From: SAR86 cluster bacterium
GTDB lineage: Bacteria > Pseudomonadota > Gammaproteobacteria > Magnimaribacterales > AG-339-G14
Assembly: GCA_028140145.1 (NCBI GenBank)
Contig: JAOIOC010000001.1
Location: 61,608 to 125,607, forward strand
Direction of reading: 5' to 3'
Length of the DNA: 64,000 nucleotides
The position numbers were made by a program, and so were the translations under genes. The number at the start of each line of letters is the position of its first letter. Positions within the stretch are counted from its first letter, which is position 1. The notes beneath the pieces are model-generated. The model was given only the letters and a program-made list of their open reading frames with translations, had not been told where the DNA came from and ran no database searches. Below, piece by piece: positions 39,988-49,227 of this stretch.

Positions 39988-40343
39988 TAATTTTTATAAA
40001 CAATTTTTTTTAAAAGAACATAAGTTAATGGAACAACAAATATCATGCAGATTAGTTGGGATAAATATTTATTTAGGCTGTTAAAAATTAAAAAATTCAA
40101 AATAGTGAGGTTTAAAAAGTAAATAAAGATATAGATTAATACAAATTTTAAGAAAGGAGAAAAACTTACCTTCTGAAAAACAATTATACCAGTAGAGAAA
40201 TAATTGAAGATTATTCCAAATAGGTAACTTAATGCTAGAGAAACCTCAACCTTAAAGTTTAAAAATATGAAGAAAGAATAAAATCCAAATCCAATCAAAG
40301 TGTTAAGGAAACCTACGGCAATAAACTTTATAAATCTTTCCAA
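39987..40343 (-). CDS. GtrA-family membrane protein
   Basis: 118 aa, four TM helices, N-terminal FIKFIAVGFLNTLIGFGFY. Confidence 0.8.
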   Translation of the reverse strand: MERFIKFIAVGFLNTLIGFGFYSFFIFLNFKVEVSLALSYLFGIIFNYFSTGIIVFQKVSFSPFLKFVLIYIFIYFLNLTILNFLIFNSLNKYLSQLICMIFVVPLTYVLLKKIVYKN

Positions 40344-40350
40344 TATAACC

Positions 40351-41268
40351 TCATTCTGAAATTACTTTTGAATTCTGTTCAATTTCTCTCCATAAATTAA
40401 TTACATCCTCATTGAGGGTTAAGAAGCTTTTAGATTGTCTTAAATTATTTAAAGAATCTGAGATAAATTTTACTCTTCTATCAGATTTAGAGTTTTCAAT
40501 ATTCTCAAACGGATCTACTAGGTTGCAAATAAGTTCATTTGATTTCTTAGATCTGAACCTGCAAATAGAGAATTCCTTTTTAGGTGAAAGAGAGTTTAAT
40601 TCTAATGCAAAAGTAGATTTATTTTCGTTAGAAAATTTAGCTTCCCACCTATATGAACTATTATCTTTATATGTGATCTTAGATTCCAATAAATTACTGA
40701 ATTTAATCTTAGAAAGCAGTGCTATTAATTGGATACCATAAAATCTTATAATTCCTCCACCTTGATCATCTTCTCTTTTCCATGATTCAACCTCATAGGT
40801 GAAGTGATATGCATGGAATTTCCATTTTAAAAAATAATCATCGATTGATTTCTTAGACGAGATAATCAAATCTTTACCCCAAGAAGTATATTGAAATAAA
40901 TACCCTATTGAAAAATTTACTTTTTTTTCTTTCAATAAATTTAATAACTCAATTGATTGATAAGGATCAATTGATAAAGGTTTCTCAAGGAGATAATTTT
41001 TGATATTGGATTTATCTAGTAAATATCTAATTTTAGAATCTTGATCTTTTGGTCTTAATGCCAATACGGCTGTATCGATCTTATTGACGACATTTATCTC
41101 GTCATCATACCAACAGATTTTATTAGCGTATTCTTCAAGCTCCTTCCTAGTACTGAATTTGTCTCTGTATCTTACATGCAAAAATATTTCAATATTATCT
41201 TTCTTTGCAATTGATGGTAGGTATCCATAAAGTCCAAATCCAGATCCGTAGATTATTACTTTATTCAC
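40351..41268 (-). CDS. Gfo/Idh/MocA-like oxidoreductase (divergent)
   Basis: N-terminal VIIYGSGFGLYGYLPS Rossmann-like motif and LLEKPLS (EKP motif). Confidence 0.5.
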   Translation of the reverse strand: MNKVIIYGSGFGLYGYLPSIAKKDNIEIFLHVRYRDKFSTRKELEEYANKICWYDDEINVVNKIDTAVLALRPKDQDSKIRYLLDKSNIKNYLLEKPLSIDPYQSIELLNLLKEKKVNFSIGYLFQYTSWGKDLIISSKKSIDDYFLKWKFHAYHFTYEVESWKREDDQGGGIIRFYGIQLIALLSKIKFSNLLESKITYKDNSSYRWEAKFSNENKSTFALELNSLSPKKEFSICRFRSKKSNELICNLVDPFENIENSKSDRRVKFISDSLNNLRQSKSFLTLNEDVINLWREIEQNSKVISE

Positions 41269-41273
41269 AAAAA

Positions 41274-43706
41274 TTATTTGAAATCTTTAAGTTCAAGGAT
41301 ATTAAAAATTTCTCCTTGATATTTTTCTTTAAGGTAATTTTTAATTTCTTTCTTAATATGCCAAGCTAAATTTATTATTATTGGTGGTTGATTTTTTTTA
41401 CTAAATAAATCTTCATCAGACAAGATTGGGATTCTTGTTCCTGGGACGAAATGGCCTATTTTTAAAGAACCTGGTTTTTCATAAACACATGAAATTACAT
41501 TTTCATTAAGTTCTAAAAGTTTAATTAGTATTGCTGCCCTGCCAGGGAAAGCCTTGCATGAAAGAGGGCCATGTTTCTCGTAGAGACTTAAAATATGTTT
41601 TTTTGTTCTCAGCTTCCAAGAATTGATTTGATCATTCATTGATACGAGATCATCAAAAAAATTTTTTTCGCGAGTAAGTATATCGTTTTTACTTAGATTC
41701 TCTTTTGTTTTCTTTTTTGAAATAAATACTCTTATATTTCCACCATATCTTGAGGGAAACTCAACTGATTGGACTTTTGCCTTCAAAGACTTTGCAATGT
41801 GAATAAAAGAATTGAAGCTATAAGTTCTTGGATGCTCATGATAAAAAGTATCAAATTGATACTTCTCTAAAACCGCACCCAAATAATGATTCTCAATCAC
41901 AAGGACTGTATCTTTGTTAGATAAAATTTCTAAAGAATCTAAGACTTCAGGCAGATTTTCAATATGAGCAAAGACATTTGTAAAAGTAATTATATCTGGA
42001 ACACCATTCTCTCTTAGCACTTTCTTTGCAGTAGCTTTTGATAAATAATTGCCATATGACTTATGTCCCTTATCCTGACATTCTTTGTATGCATTAGTTG
42101 GTTCAATGCCAATTGTCTTACAACCTTTCTGACTAAAAAAGTCCAAGAGACTGCCATCATTGCACCCAATATCTAGAACAGTTTTATTTTTCAGCGTTCC
42201 ACAAAATTCCTCACATGAATTTACTAAGTCACTCATACCTTTCAATACATCAGCTGTAAATCTTGATCTGTAGTGATAGTCAGATGGAAATAATTTTTTC
42301 TTAGGAACTTGATAAATTTGATGGGCAGTAAAACAATTTTTACAATAGGCAATTTTTATTGGATATTCCTCACATATTGAATCTTCCGAAGTAGGAATTA
42401 AATCATCACACATTGGATGATTACCTAAATCAAGGACTGGAGATAATTTTTTTGATCCACAGACTTCACAAGCTTTGATTTGATGTAATTTTTTTGAATT
42501 AATTTGTGATTTTTTATTAATAAAATTATCAAAAGAATTATGAACATGATCAATCATTTCTTTTGTTAAACCATTGTGGCAAGCTATGAGAATACCCCCC
42601 CTCATAACCTTATCTGCATTAATAAAATCATCCGCCTTACCAATACAATTTATATTTTTAAAGCCAGGTTGCCTTAAAATATTTCCTGTAAATATAACGC
42701 GGGTTTGTATGTTCCTCTTTTCTAAATATATTTGTAAATCTGTTCTTGTGAAAGGTGAGGACTCTTTAACAATAAGCGGGTAAGCAAGCCATCCCGAATA
42801 AATGTCATCTTTTTCGTAAGGGAGATCTAAAAATTCTTCATACTTAGAAAAAAATTTTTGATGTTGATTGAATATTTCTCTTCTTTTTTTGATACCTTTT
42901 GAAAGACTTTGCAATTGAGTTAAAGCAAAAGCAGAGCTAATTTCTGATGGTTCTAATTGATATCCCATTTCTTCAAAAATAAACTTTGAATCATAAGTGA
43001 TCCCATCTAATGAAACATTGAACCTATTTTCTATTGACTCGCTGTTATCAAAAAGAGATGAAGATCTCCCCCAAGATCTTAGTAATTTTGCTTTCTTAAA
43101 TAATTCTTCATCATTAAGACATAACATTCCACCATTTCCAGCTCCATTTATAATATGAGAACCATAGAAACTTGTTATAGAAAAATCTGAATATTTTCCG
43201 GTAGAAATTCCTTTTATTTTTGCTCCTAAAGTATCTGCACTATCTTGCAAAACAAGCAGATCATTTTTGTCAGCTATTTCTCGAATTTTTGGCCAATTAC
43301 ATATATTTCCAAGTAAATCAGGCGCAAGAATAGCTTTTGTTTTCCCATTTATTTTTTCTTCAATTAAATTTTCATCGATACAGAGTGTTTTTGAATCTAC
43401 ATCAACAAAGCTTGGGATTAATCCTGATTTTACGATTGGTGCGATAGTAGTAGAAAAAGTTAGAGCTGGAGTTATGATCTCGCTTCCTGGATCTAAATTT
43501 AATATATCCATCAAGATATAAAGTGCCGATGATCCTGAGTTAGTCATTAAACCAAAGTCTTTGTTAAAAAGATTTGATATTTTCTTCTCTAGTTTGACTG
43601 TGTTTCTTCCCATCTGAGTAGAGCTATTAAGGACCTTAAGAACAGCATCTATCTCTTTCTTTCCATGTACACTTTTTGCATATGATACTCTAATATTCTT
43701 TTTCAA
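41274..43706 (-). CDS. Fusion: RfbH/E1-like PMP-dependent NDP-4-keto-6-deoxyhexose 3-dehydratase + NDP-hexose C-methyltransferase (TylC3 class)
   Basis: The N-terminal half has the DegT fold with His in place of the Schiff-base Lys (TSFYGSHIINGAGNGG). The C-terminal half has the Zn ribbon CEVCGS...CKNC, the SAM motif VLDIGCNDG, NVFAHIENL, FDTFYHEHPRTYS, and a C-terminal C-methyltransferase domain. Confidence 0.75.
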   Translation of the reverse strand: MKKNIRVSYAKSVHGKKEIDAVLKVLNSSTQMGRNTVKLEKKISNLFNKDFGLMTNSGSSALYILMDILNLDPGSEIITPALTFSTTIAPIVKSGLIPSFVDVDSKTLCIDENLIEEKINGKTKAILAPDLLGNICNWPKIREIADKNDLLVLQDSADTLGAKIKGISTGKYSDFSITSFYGSHIINGAGNGGMLCLNDEELFKKAKLLRSWGRSSSLFDNSESIENRFNVSLDGITYDSKFIFEEMGYQLEPSEISSAFALTQLQSLSKGIKKRREIFNQHQKFFSKYEEFLDLPYEKDDIYSGWLAYPLIVKESSPFTRTDLQIYLEKRNIQTRVIFTGNILRQPGFKNINCIGKADDFINADKVMRGGILIACHNGLTKEMIDHVHNSFDNFINKKSQINSKKLHQIKACEVCGSKKLSPVLDLGNHPMCDDLIPTSEDSICEEYPIKIAYCKNCFTAHQIYQVPKKKLFPSDYHYRSRFTADVLKGMSDLVNSCEEFCGTLKNKTVLDIGCNDGSLLDFFSQKGCKTIGIEPTNAYKECQDKGHKSYGNYLSKATAKKVLRENGVPDIITFTNVFAHIENLPEVLDSLEILSNKDTVLVIENHYLGAVLEKYQFDTFYHEHPRTYSFNSFIHIAKSLKAKVQSVEFPSRYGGNIRVFISKKKTKENLSKNDILTREKNFFDDLVSMNDQINSWKLRTKKHILSLYEKHGPLSCKAFPGRAAILIKLLELNENVISCVYEKPGSLKIGHFVPGTRIPILSDEDLFSKKNQPPIIINLAWHIKKEIKNYLKEKYQGEIFNILELKDFK

Positions 43707-43762
43707 AACTCTCTCGCAAATCTAGGAGGTTGATACTACATGTTTTCATACAAAAAGAAACA

Positions 43763-44632
43763 TTACGAATTTAAGAAATCAGCTATACCATCATTCAATG
43801 TATAGCTTGGGGACCAAGACCTTGGATTTGGTAAATTAATTTCCATTCTAGGTCTTTCATAAGAAGTTTTTTTTCCATAATGGATGAAATTTGAATAAGG
43901 AAAGTCATCTACTTCCTCAAAAATAGATACTAATTGTTTGAGAGTTACATAATTTTGTGGATTCAAAGAAAATTCATACAACTCACCGTTACTCTCCTTT
44001 TTTCTTACTTGATTCCTAGCTAAAAAAATTCCTTCAACTGCATCTTTTATCTGCAGAGGATTTATGAGTTGATCAGGATGAGTCAATTGAATGATTTTTT
44101 TTGTCTTTTTAATACTCTTAATTAAATTAAAAATTTTTCCTCTTCTATCCCCTCTCCCATACACATCGTAGAGCCTTATCGTAGATATTTTTAGACCATC
44201 ATTTGCAAAAACCTTCATAGTTTCTTCTGCTGCAGTTTTCGAAGCCGCATAAAAATTAGAGGGATTCAAGTTAAGTCTTTCATCAAATTGCCAATATGAT
44301 CCAAAATGAAAAATTTCAGTTTCCGAGGAGTACTTTTTAACTGCCTTACAAACGTAATTTGGCAACAAAATATTAGAGGATACTATTTCATCGATAGTTT
44401 TATATGAATCTGAATAATCAATCTTTGAACCGCAAATAAAAATGCTAGCAATTTTATGATTTCGAATTAATCCCTCTAAATTATCTTGGAAGCTCTTCTT
44501 TTTATTTGGTCTGTAAGAAATGTCAAAAACTATTTCCTCTCTATCTCTTAAAAATAACTCAAGATTTTTGCCTAGAAAGCTTCTCAAACCTATTATTAAG
44601 TTGCTATCTTTTGATAAATTTTTTTTGCCCAT
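43763..44632 (-). CDS. Extended-SDR NDP-sugar reductase/epimerase (CDP-paratose/abequose synthase-like)
   Basis: Degenerate glycine motif IIGLRSFLGKNL and catalytic YAASKTAAEE. Position next to rfbG. Confidence 0.6.
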   Translation of the reverse strand: MGKKNLSKDSNLIIGLRSFLGKNLELFLRDREEIVFDISYRPNKKKSFQDNLEGLIRNHKIASIFICGSKIDYSDSYKTIDEIVSSNILLPNYVCKAVKKYSSETEIFHFGSYWQFDERLNLNPSNFYAASKTAAEETMKVFANDGLKISTIRLYDVYGRGDRRGKIFNLIKSIKKTKKIIQLTHPDQLINPLQIKDAVEGIFLARNQVRKKESNGELYEFSLNPQNYVTLKQLVSIFEEVDDFPYSNFIHYGKKTSYERPRMEINLPNPRSWSPSYTLNDGIADFLNS

Positions 44633-44643
44633 TAAGTCTTAAA

Positions 44644-45753
44644 CTACGAGCATTGAGTGTATTCATTAATTTGCCGAAGAGTGATAGCTTCCATATCTTC
44701 TCCATTTTTATGAGACAAATACCAGTCAATTAAATTATCAAGAGTTTCTTTAAGAGTTAATTTAGGTTCCCAATAAAGTAAATCTTGAGCTTTATCACAA
44801 TTTAATTCTAAGTATTTTGCTTCAGGCAGAGGTTCTTTTTCTGGTTTGGTCCAGCCTACTTTTTCGGGCCAAGAACTATCTATGTACTCTACAATCCACT
44901 CTACCGTTTTCAAATCATAATCTTTTGGACCAAAGTTCCAGCCTGAACAATAAATTGAATTTTTACTATCATAAATTTTTTCCGCAAGCATTAAATAGCC
45001 GCTTAAAGGTTCAAGGACAAATTGCCAAGGCCTTACAGAATTTGGATTTCGAATAATAGGTTTTTTATTGTTAATGAAACTAGTTATTACGTCTGGAATT
45101 AATCTATCTCTTGCCCAATCGCCCCCTCCGATGACATTTCCGGCCCTTACACTAGCCAAGAAAATATTTTGGTTGGAATTCTCTTTATTAAAATAAGACT
45201 TATTATAAGAGTTAGTAATAAGTTCTGCACATCCTTTGCTGCAACTATAAGGATCAGAGCCGCCGAGTCGATCGCTTTCCTTAAAGGACTTTTCCTCATT
45301 ATCATTTTCGTAACATTTATCGCTGGTGACATTTATAGCAATTTTGTCTGCATCAATATGCCTTAATGCTTCAAAAAAATTTATAGTTCCAATGATGTTG
45401 GTTGAAAATGTATCATAAGGATTAGCATAGGATTCATTAACAAGGGGTTGTGCTGCTAAATGAAAAGCTATGTCAAAATTAGACCTTTTAACTATCTTTT
45501 TAAAAGAATCTCCGTCACGTATATCTCCAAAATGACAATCTGTATTATCTTTTAAGTTTAAAATCGAAAATAAGTTTCTATCTTCTTCAGGGGCTAAAGA
45601 ATAACCAGTTACTTCAGCCCCCATGTTTAGTAACCAATAAGATAGCCAACTCCCTTTAAAACCAGTATTTCCTGAAATAAATACTTTTTTATTCTTCCAA
45701 AAGTCTTTATTTACTTTTCCCATAGTCTCCAAGGAGCGCTGTTGGTTCTCCAT
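44644..45753 (-). CDS. rfbG: CDP-glucose 4,6-dehydratase
   Basis: FWKNKKVFISGNTGFKGSWLSYWLLNMGAEVTGYSL and YSCSKGCAE. The likely real start is the internal Met at 45723 (MGKVNKDFW). Confidence 0.88.
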   Translation of the reverse strand: MENQQRSLETMGKVNKDFWKNKKVFISGNTGFKGSWLSYWLLNMGAEVTGYSLAPEEDRNLFSILNLKDNTDCHFGDIRDGDSFKKIVKRSNFDIAFHLAAQPLVNESYANPYDTFSTNIIGTINFFEALRHIDADKIAINVTSDKCYENDNEEKSFKESDRLGGSDPYSCSKGCAELITNSYNKSYFNKENSNQNIFLASVRAGNVIGGGDWARDRLIPDVITSFINNKKPIIRNPNSVRPWQFVLEPLSGYLMLAEKIYDSKNSIYCSGWNFGPKDYDLKTVEWIVEYIDSSWPEKVGWTKPEKEPLPEAKYLELNCDKAQDLLYWEPKLTLKETLDNLIDWYLSHKNGEDMEAITLRQINEYTQCS

Positions 45754-46484
45754 AGTTCCTCTAGATTATTTTTATCTCTTAAGGTGTCCATTGGCTGCCA
45801 GAAGTTCTTATGAAAAAACGCTCGCATCTGATTATTAGATGCAATTCTTTCCATAGGATCTCTCTCCCATATAGTTTGGTCATTATCAATGTAATCAATT
45901 ACTTTTGGGGAAAGAACAAAAAAACCTCCATTTATCCATGAACCGTCTCCATCCGGCTTTTCCTTGAAACTTAAAATTTTATCTTCTTCTAGCTCAAGTG
46001 AACCAAACCTTCCTGGAGGAAGTACAGCGGTAGTCGTTGCAAGTTTTTTATGTGATTTATGGAAATTAATTAAATCTCGAATATTTACATCTGACAGCCC
46101 GTCGCCATAAGTAAAACAAAAGTCCTCTTTATCTAAATAATTTTTTACCCTCTTTAATCTGCCTCCGGTCATAGTATCATTTCCAGTATCTACTAGAGTT
46201 ACTCTCCAAGGCTCTGAAGAATTTGAGTGGATGATTGTTTCATTCTCAACTAAATCTATGGTCATATCAGAGGAGTGAAGAAAATAGTTTGCAAAATATT
46301 CTTTAATTAAATAACCCTTGTAACCACAGCAAATGATAAATTCGTTTATTCCATAATATGAATAGATTTTCATAATATGCCAAAGAATTGGTTTGCCCCC
46401 TATCTCGATCATTGGTTTTGGCCTCAAATTAGTTTCCTCGCTAATCCTAGTACCAAGACCTCCAGCCAGTATTACAACTTTCAC
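45711..46484 (-). CDS. rfbF: Glucose-1-phosphate cytidylyltransferase
   Basis: [58 protein letters not shown] and a C-terminal FWQPMDTLRDK. Confidence 0.9.
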   Translation of the reverse strand: MKVVILAGGLGTRISEETNLRPKPMIEIGGKPILWHIMKIYSYYGINEFIICCGYKGYLIKEYFANYFLHSSDMTIDLVENETIIHSNSSEPWRVTLVDTGNDTMTGGRLKRVKNYLDKEDFCFTYGDGLSDVNIRDLINFHKSHKKLATTTAVLPPGRFGSLELEEDKILSFKEKPDGDGSWINGGFFVLSPKVIDYIDNDQTIWERDPMERIASNNQMRAFFHKNFWQPMDTLRDKNNLEELWRTNSAPWRLWEK

Positions 46485-47566
46485 AGATTTTCCTTAATGA
46501 ATTTAATTTGGTTTAAGTCAAAGTTACCATGAATAGGTAAACTAAAAAGCTCTCTATCCGATATCCAAGCAAAACCATCTTCATCTCCTTGATTTAGGTA
46601 ATTGAATGCTTTCAATTTAGGTAAGGCAATTGGGTAATGAATGCCGGTCTCTATTCCAGCATTCGATAGTTTTTCTCTAATTGCATCTCTTCTATTAGAT
46701 CTAACCACAAATAAATGGAATACGTGTCTGACATTTTCTTTAATATTGGGTAATTTTATTTCGTCAATATCACTTAATTGTTTGATATATTCCATAGCAG
46801 TTTGAATCCTTACTTTTGTCCACCCCTCTAGATGTTTAAGTTTGACACTTAAAATAGCTGCTTGTATTCCATCAAGTCTAGAATTTCTTCCTTCAAACTC
46901 ATGGTCATACTTAGCTATTCTTCCATGATTGGCAATTTTTTTACATTTTAAATAAAGCATTTCATCATTTGTAATAATTGCTCCAGCATCACCAAATGCA
47001 CCAAGATTTTTTCCTGGATAGAAGCTAAAACAACCTAAGTCCCCAAATGTTCCAACTTTTTTTCCCTCATACTCTGCTCCATGAGCTTGCGCACAATCTT
47101 CAACTACCTTCAGAGAATGATTATTTGCTATCTCTATGATTTCTTTAATTTGGCAAGGTTGGCCATACAAATGGACTGCGATTATTGCAGAAGTATTTTT
47201 TGTAATTCTTTTCTTAAGATCATCTAAGTCAATATTATAATCAAACGGACTTACATCGCAGAAAACAACCTTAAAATTATTTCTTGATATTGCTTCAGCT
47301 GATGAAATAAAACTATTTGCAGGGACAATAATTTCACTACCAACAGGAAGATTTAATGCTTCAAGGGAAATTTCCAAAGCATCAGTTCCATTTCCAACGC
47401 CCAAACAATATTTAGACTCATGGTATGTTTTAAATTTTTCTTCAAATTCAATAATTGAATTTCCTCCAACAAAAGAAGACTTAGATATTGTTTCTGAGAT
47501 AGCAGAATCAATTTCATCTTTGATTGACAAATACTGCTGATGTAAGTCCAAAAATTTTATCTTCAT
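46481..47566 (-). CDS. DegT/DnrJ/EryC1-family PLP aminotransferase (WbpE-like)
   Basis: [18 protein letters not shown], and [16 protein letters not shown] with the catalytic Lys. Confidence 0.85.
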   Translation of the reverse strand: MKIKFLDLHQQYLSIKDEIDSAISETISKSSFVGGNSIIEFEEKFKTYHESKYCLGVGNGTDALEISLEALNLPVGSEIIVPANSFISSAEAISRNNFKVVFCDVSPFDYNIDLDDLKKRITKNTSAIIAVHLYGQPCQIKEIIEIANNHSLKVVEDCAQAHGAEYEGKKVGTFGDLGCFSFYPGKNLGAFGDAGAIITNDEMLYLKCKKIANHGRIAKYDHEFEGRNSRLDGIQAAILSVKLKHLEGWTKVRIQTAMEYIKQLSDIDEIKLPNIKENVRHVFHLFVVRSNRRDAIREKLSNAGIETGIHYPIALPKLKAFNYLNQGDEDGFAWISDRELFSLPIHGNFDLNQIKFIKENL

Positions 47567-48153
47567 ACTTGTTCAACTTTCCCTATGATTTTTGCTGGAT
47601 TCCCAGCAACTATACTAAAATCAGGAACATTTTTGGTTACTACTGAACCAGCACCAACTATAGAATGTTGACCAATGACTATCGATGGTAAAATCGTTGA
47701 GTTTGCTCCCAAAACAGCAAATTTCCCAATTTTTGGGCCTTTTAAATTTTTTTTTGAATCTGGTCGATTTGGGAACTTTGAATTGGTAAAGACAACATTT
47801 GGTCCAATCCAACTATTTTCTTCAAGAACGCTATATTCCGGGATAAAAACCTGAGAATGTATCCTAACGTTATTTCCAATTTTTACGTTATGTTCTATTA
47901 CAGAATGCGTTCCAACTGAGACATCATTTCCAATTTGATTATTCTCTCTAATATTGGCCTTATTACCAGTAATAAAATTTTTACCGATATCATTTCCCTG
48001 ATAAATGTATGTCCCGGAGCGAATGTAAGAATTGTTACCAATTGAACATTCTCGATTTGCTTCTTTTATGGGAATGCCTACTATACAAAATTCCTCAATC
48101 AAAACATTTTCACCAAGTGAAACATCTGGATAAATTATGTAATTACCTTTCAT
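47563..48153 (-). CDS. Left-handed beta-helix (hexapeptide) N-acetyltransferase (WbpD-like)
   Basis: Repeated [LIV]-G-x4 hexapeptide pattern throughout. Lies between the aminotransferase and oxidoreductase genes. Confidence 0.8.
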   Translation of the reverse strand: MKGNYIIYPDVSLGENVLIEEFCIVGIPIKEANRECSIGNNSYIRSGTYIYQGNDIGKNFITGNKANIRENNQIGNDVSVGTHSVIEHNVKIGNNVRIHSQVFIPEYSVLEENSWIGPNVVFTNSKFPNRPDSKKNLKGPKIGKFAVLGANSTILPSIVIGQHSIVGAGSVVTKNVPDFSIVAGNPAKIIGKVEQV

Positions 48154-48167
48154 CTTTTCTAAATTTT

Positions 48168-49223
48168 TTAGTTTCCAAGCTTAGTTTCAGGAATTTCCGA
48201 AGACATATAGACTTCTTTTCCAGTCTCAATTGAGTGATAAATTGCGTTGATAAGTTGTAAACTTTTTCTACCCTCTTTTCCATCAACGATATCTTTTCCA
48301 TCATTGTTAATACAGTCAACAACACTATCATAATAAGACTTATGTCCAAATCCATATACATTTGGCGGATTTTCAGAAAATCTTTCTATTACTTCCTTAT
48401 CATCAGCAGTAGAATCCTCGAAATTCCATGTATTCATTTTATTTACAGAGAACCCACCGATTACAACGCTTCCTTTTTCCCCCATTATAGAAAGTGAGCC
48501 TTCTAAATCTTTGGGTCTTGTAGCTGTAGTTGCTTCGATGATTCCTAAAGAACCATTTTTAAAATTTAAAATAACTACAGCAGTATCTTCAGTTTCAATC
48601 TTTGCAATGGCTTGAGTCGATCTAGCAAATACTGAATCTACTTCGCCAAGCATCCACTCTAGAAGATCAATATGATGACTCGCTTGATTAGTAAGAACCC
48701 CCCCATCATTCAACCAAGTACCTCTCCATTCATCTTGATCATAATATTCTTGATGTCTTGCCCATCTAACTCTCGTAGTTCCCATAAAAATTTTGCCGAA
48801 TCTATTTTCTTCTATTGCTTGACGTAGTTTTTTGACTGGTACGTTAAACCTATTTTGCTTTACAACAAAAAGTAAACATTTATTTTTTCTACAGGCTTCA
48901 ATCATTAAATCTGCATCTTTCAATTTAAGCGCCATTGGTTTCTCGACAATGATATGTTTTCCATATTTAGAAAGTTCTATAACATTGCTAGCATGCATCC
49001 CGCTAGGTGTTAAAACTACCGCGACATCAATATCTTCTGAAAGCATCATTTTATGCATATCTTCGTAGTAGGGAATATTGTATTTACTTGCAATATCAAT
49101 ACATTTTTCTAAATTTGGATCGCAAACAGCAACTAATTTTGCACCTTTGATATGATTTTCCCCTAGTAGCTGAGAATGACGAACTGCTATCCTTCCACAA
49201 CCTATTAAAGCAAATTTAAGCAT
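48168..49223 (-). CDS. Gfo/Idh/MocA oxidoreductase (WbpB-like UDP-GlcNAcA 3-dehydrogenase type)
   Basis: [22 protein letters not shown], and the gene order with WbpD/WbpE-like genes. Confidence 0.8.
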   Translation of the reverse strand: MLKFALIGCGRIAVRHSQLLGENHIKGAKLVAVCDPNLEKCIDIASKYNIPYYEDMHKMMLSEDIDVAVVLTPSGMHASNVIELSKYGKHIIVEKPMALKLKDADLMIEACRKNKCLLFVVKQNRFNVPVKKLRQAIEENRFGKIFMGTTRVRWARHQEYYDQDEWRGTWLNDGGVLTNQASHHIDLLEWMLGEVDSVFARSTQAIAKIETEDTAVVILNFKNGSLGIIEATTATRPKDLEGSLSIMGEKGSVVIGGFSVNKMNTWNFEDSTADDKEVIERFSENPPNVYGFGHKSYYDSVVDCINNDGKDIVDGKEGRKSLQLINAIYHSIETGKEVYMSSEIPETKLGN

Positions 49224-49227
49224 TTTC

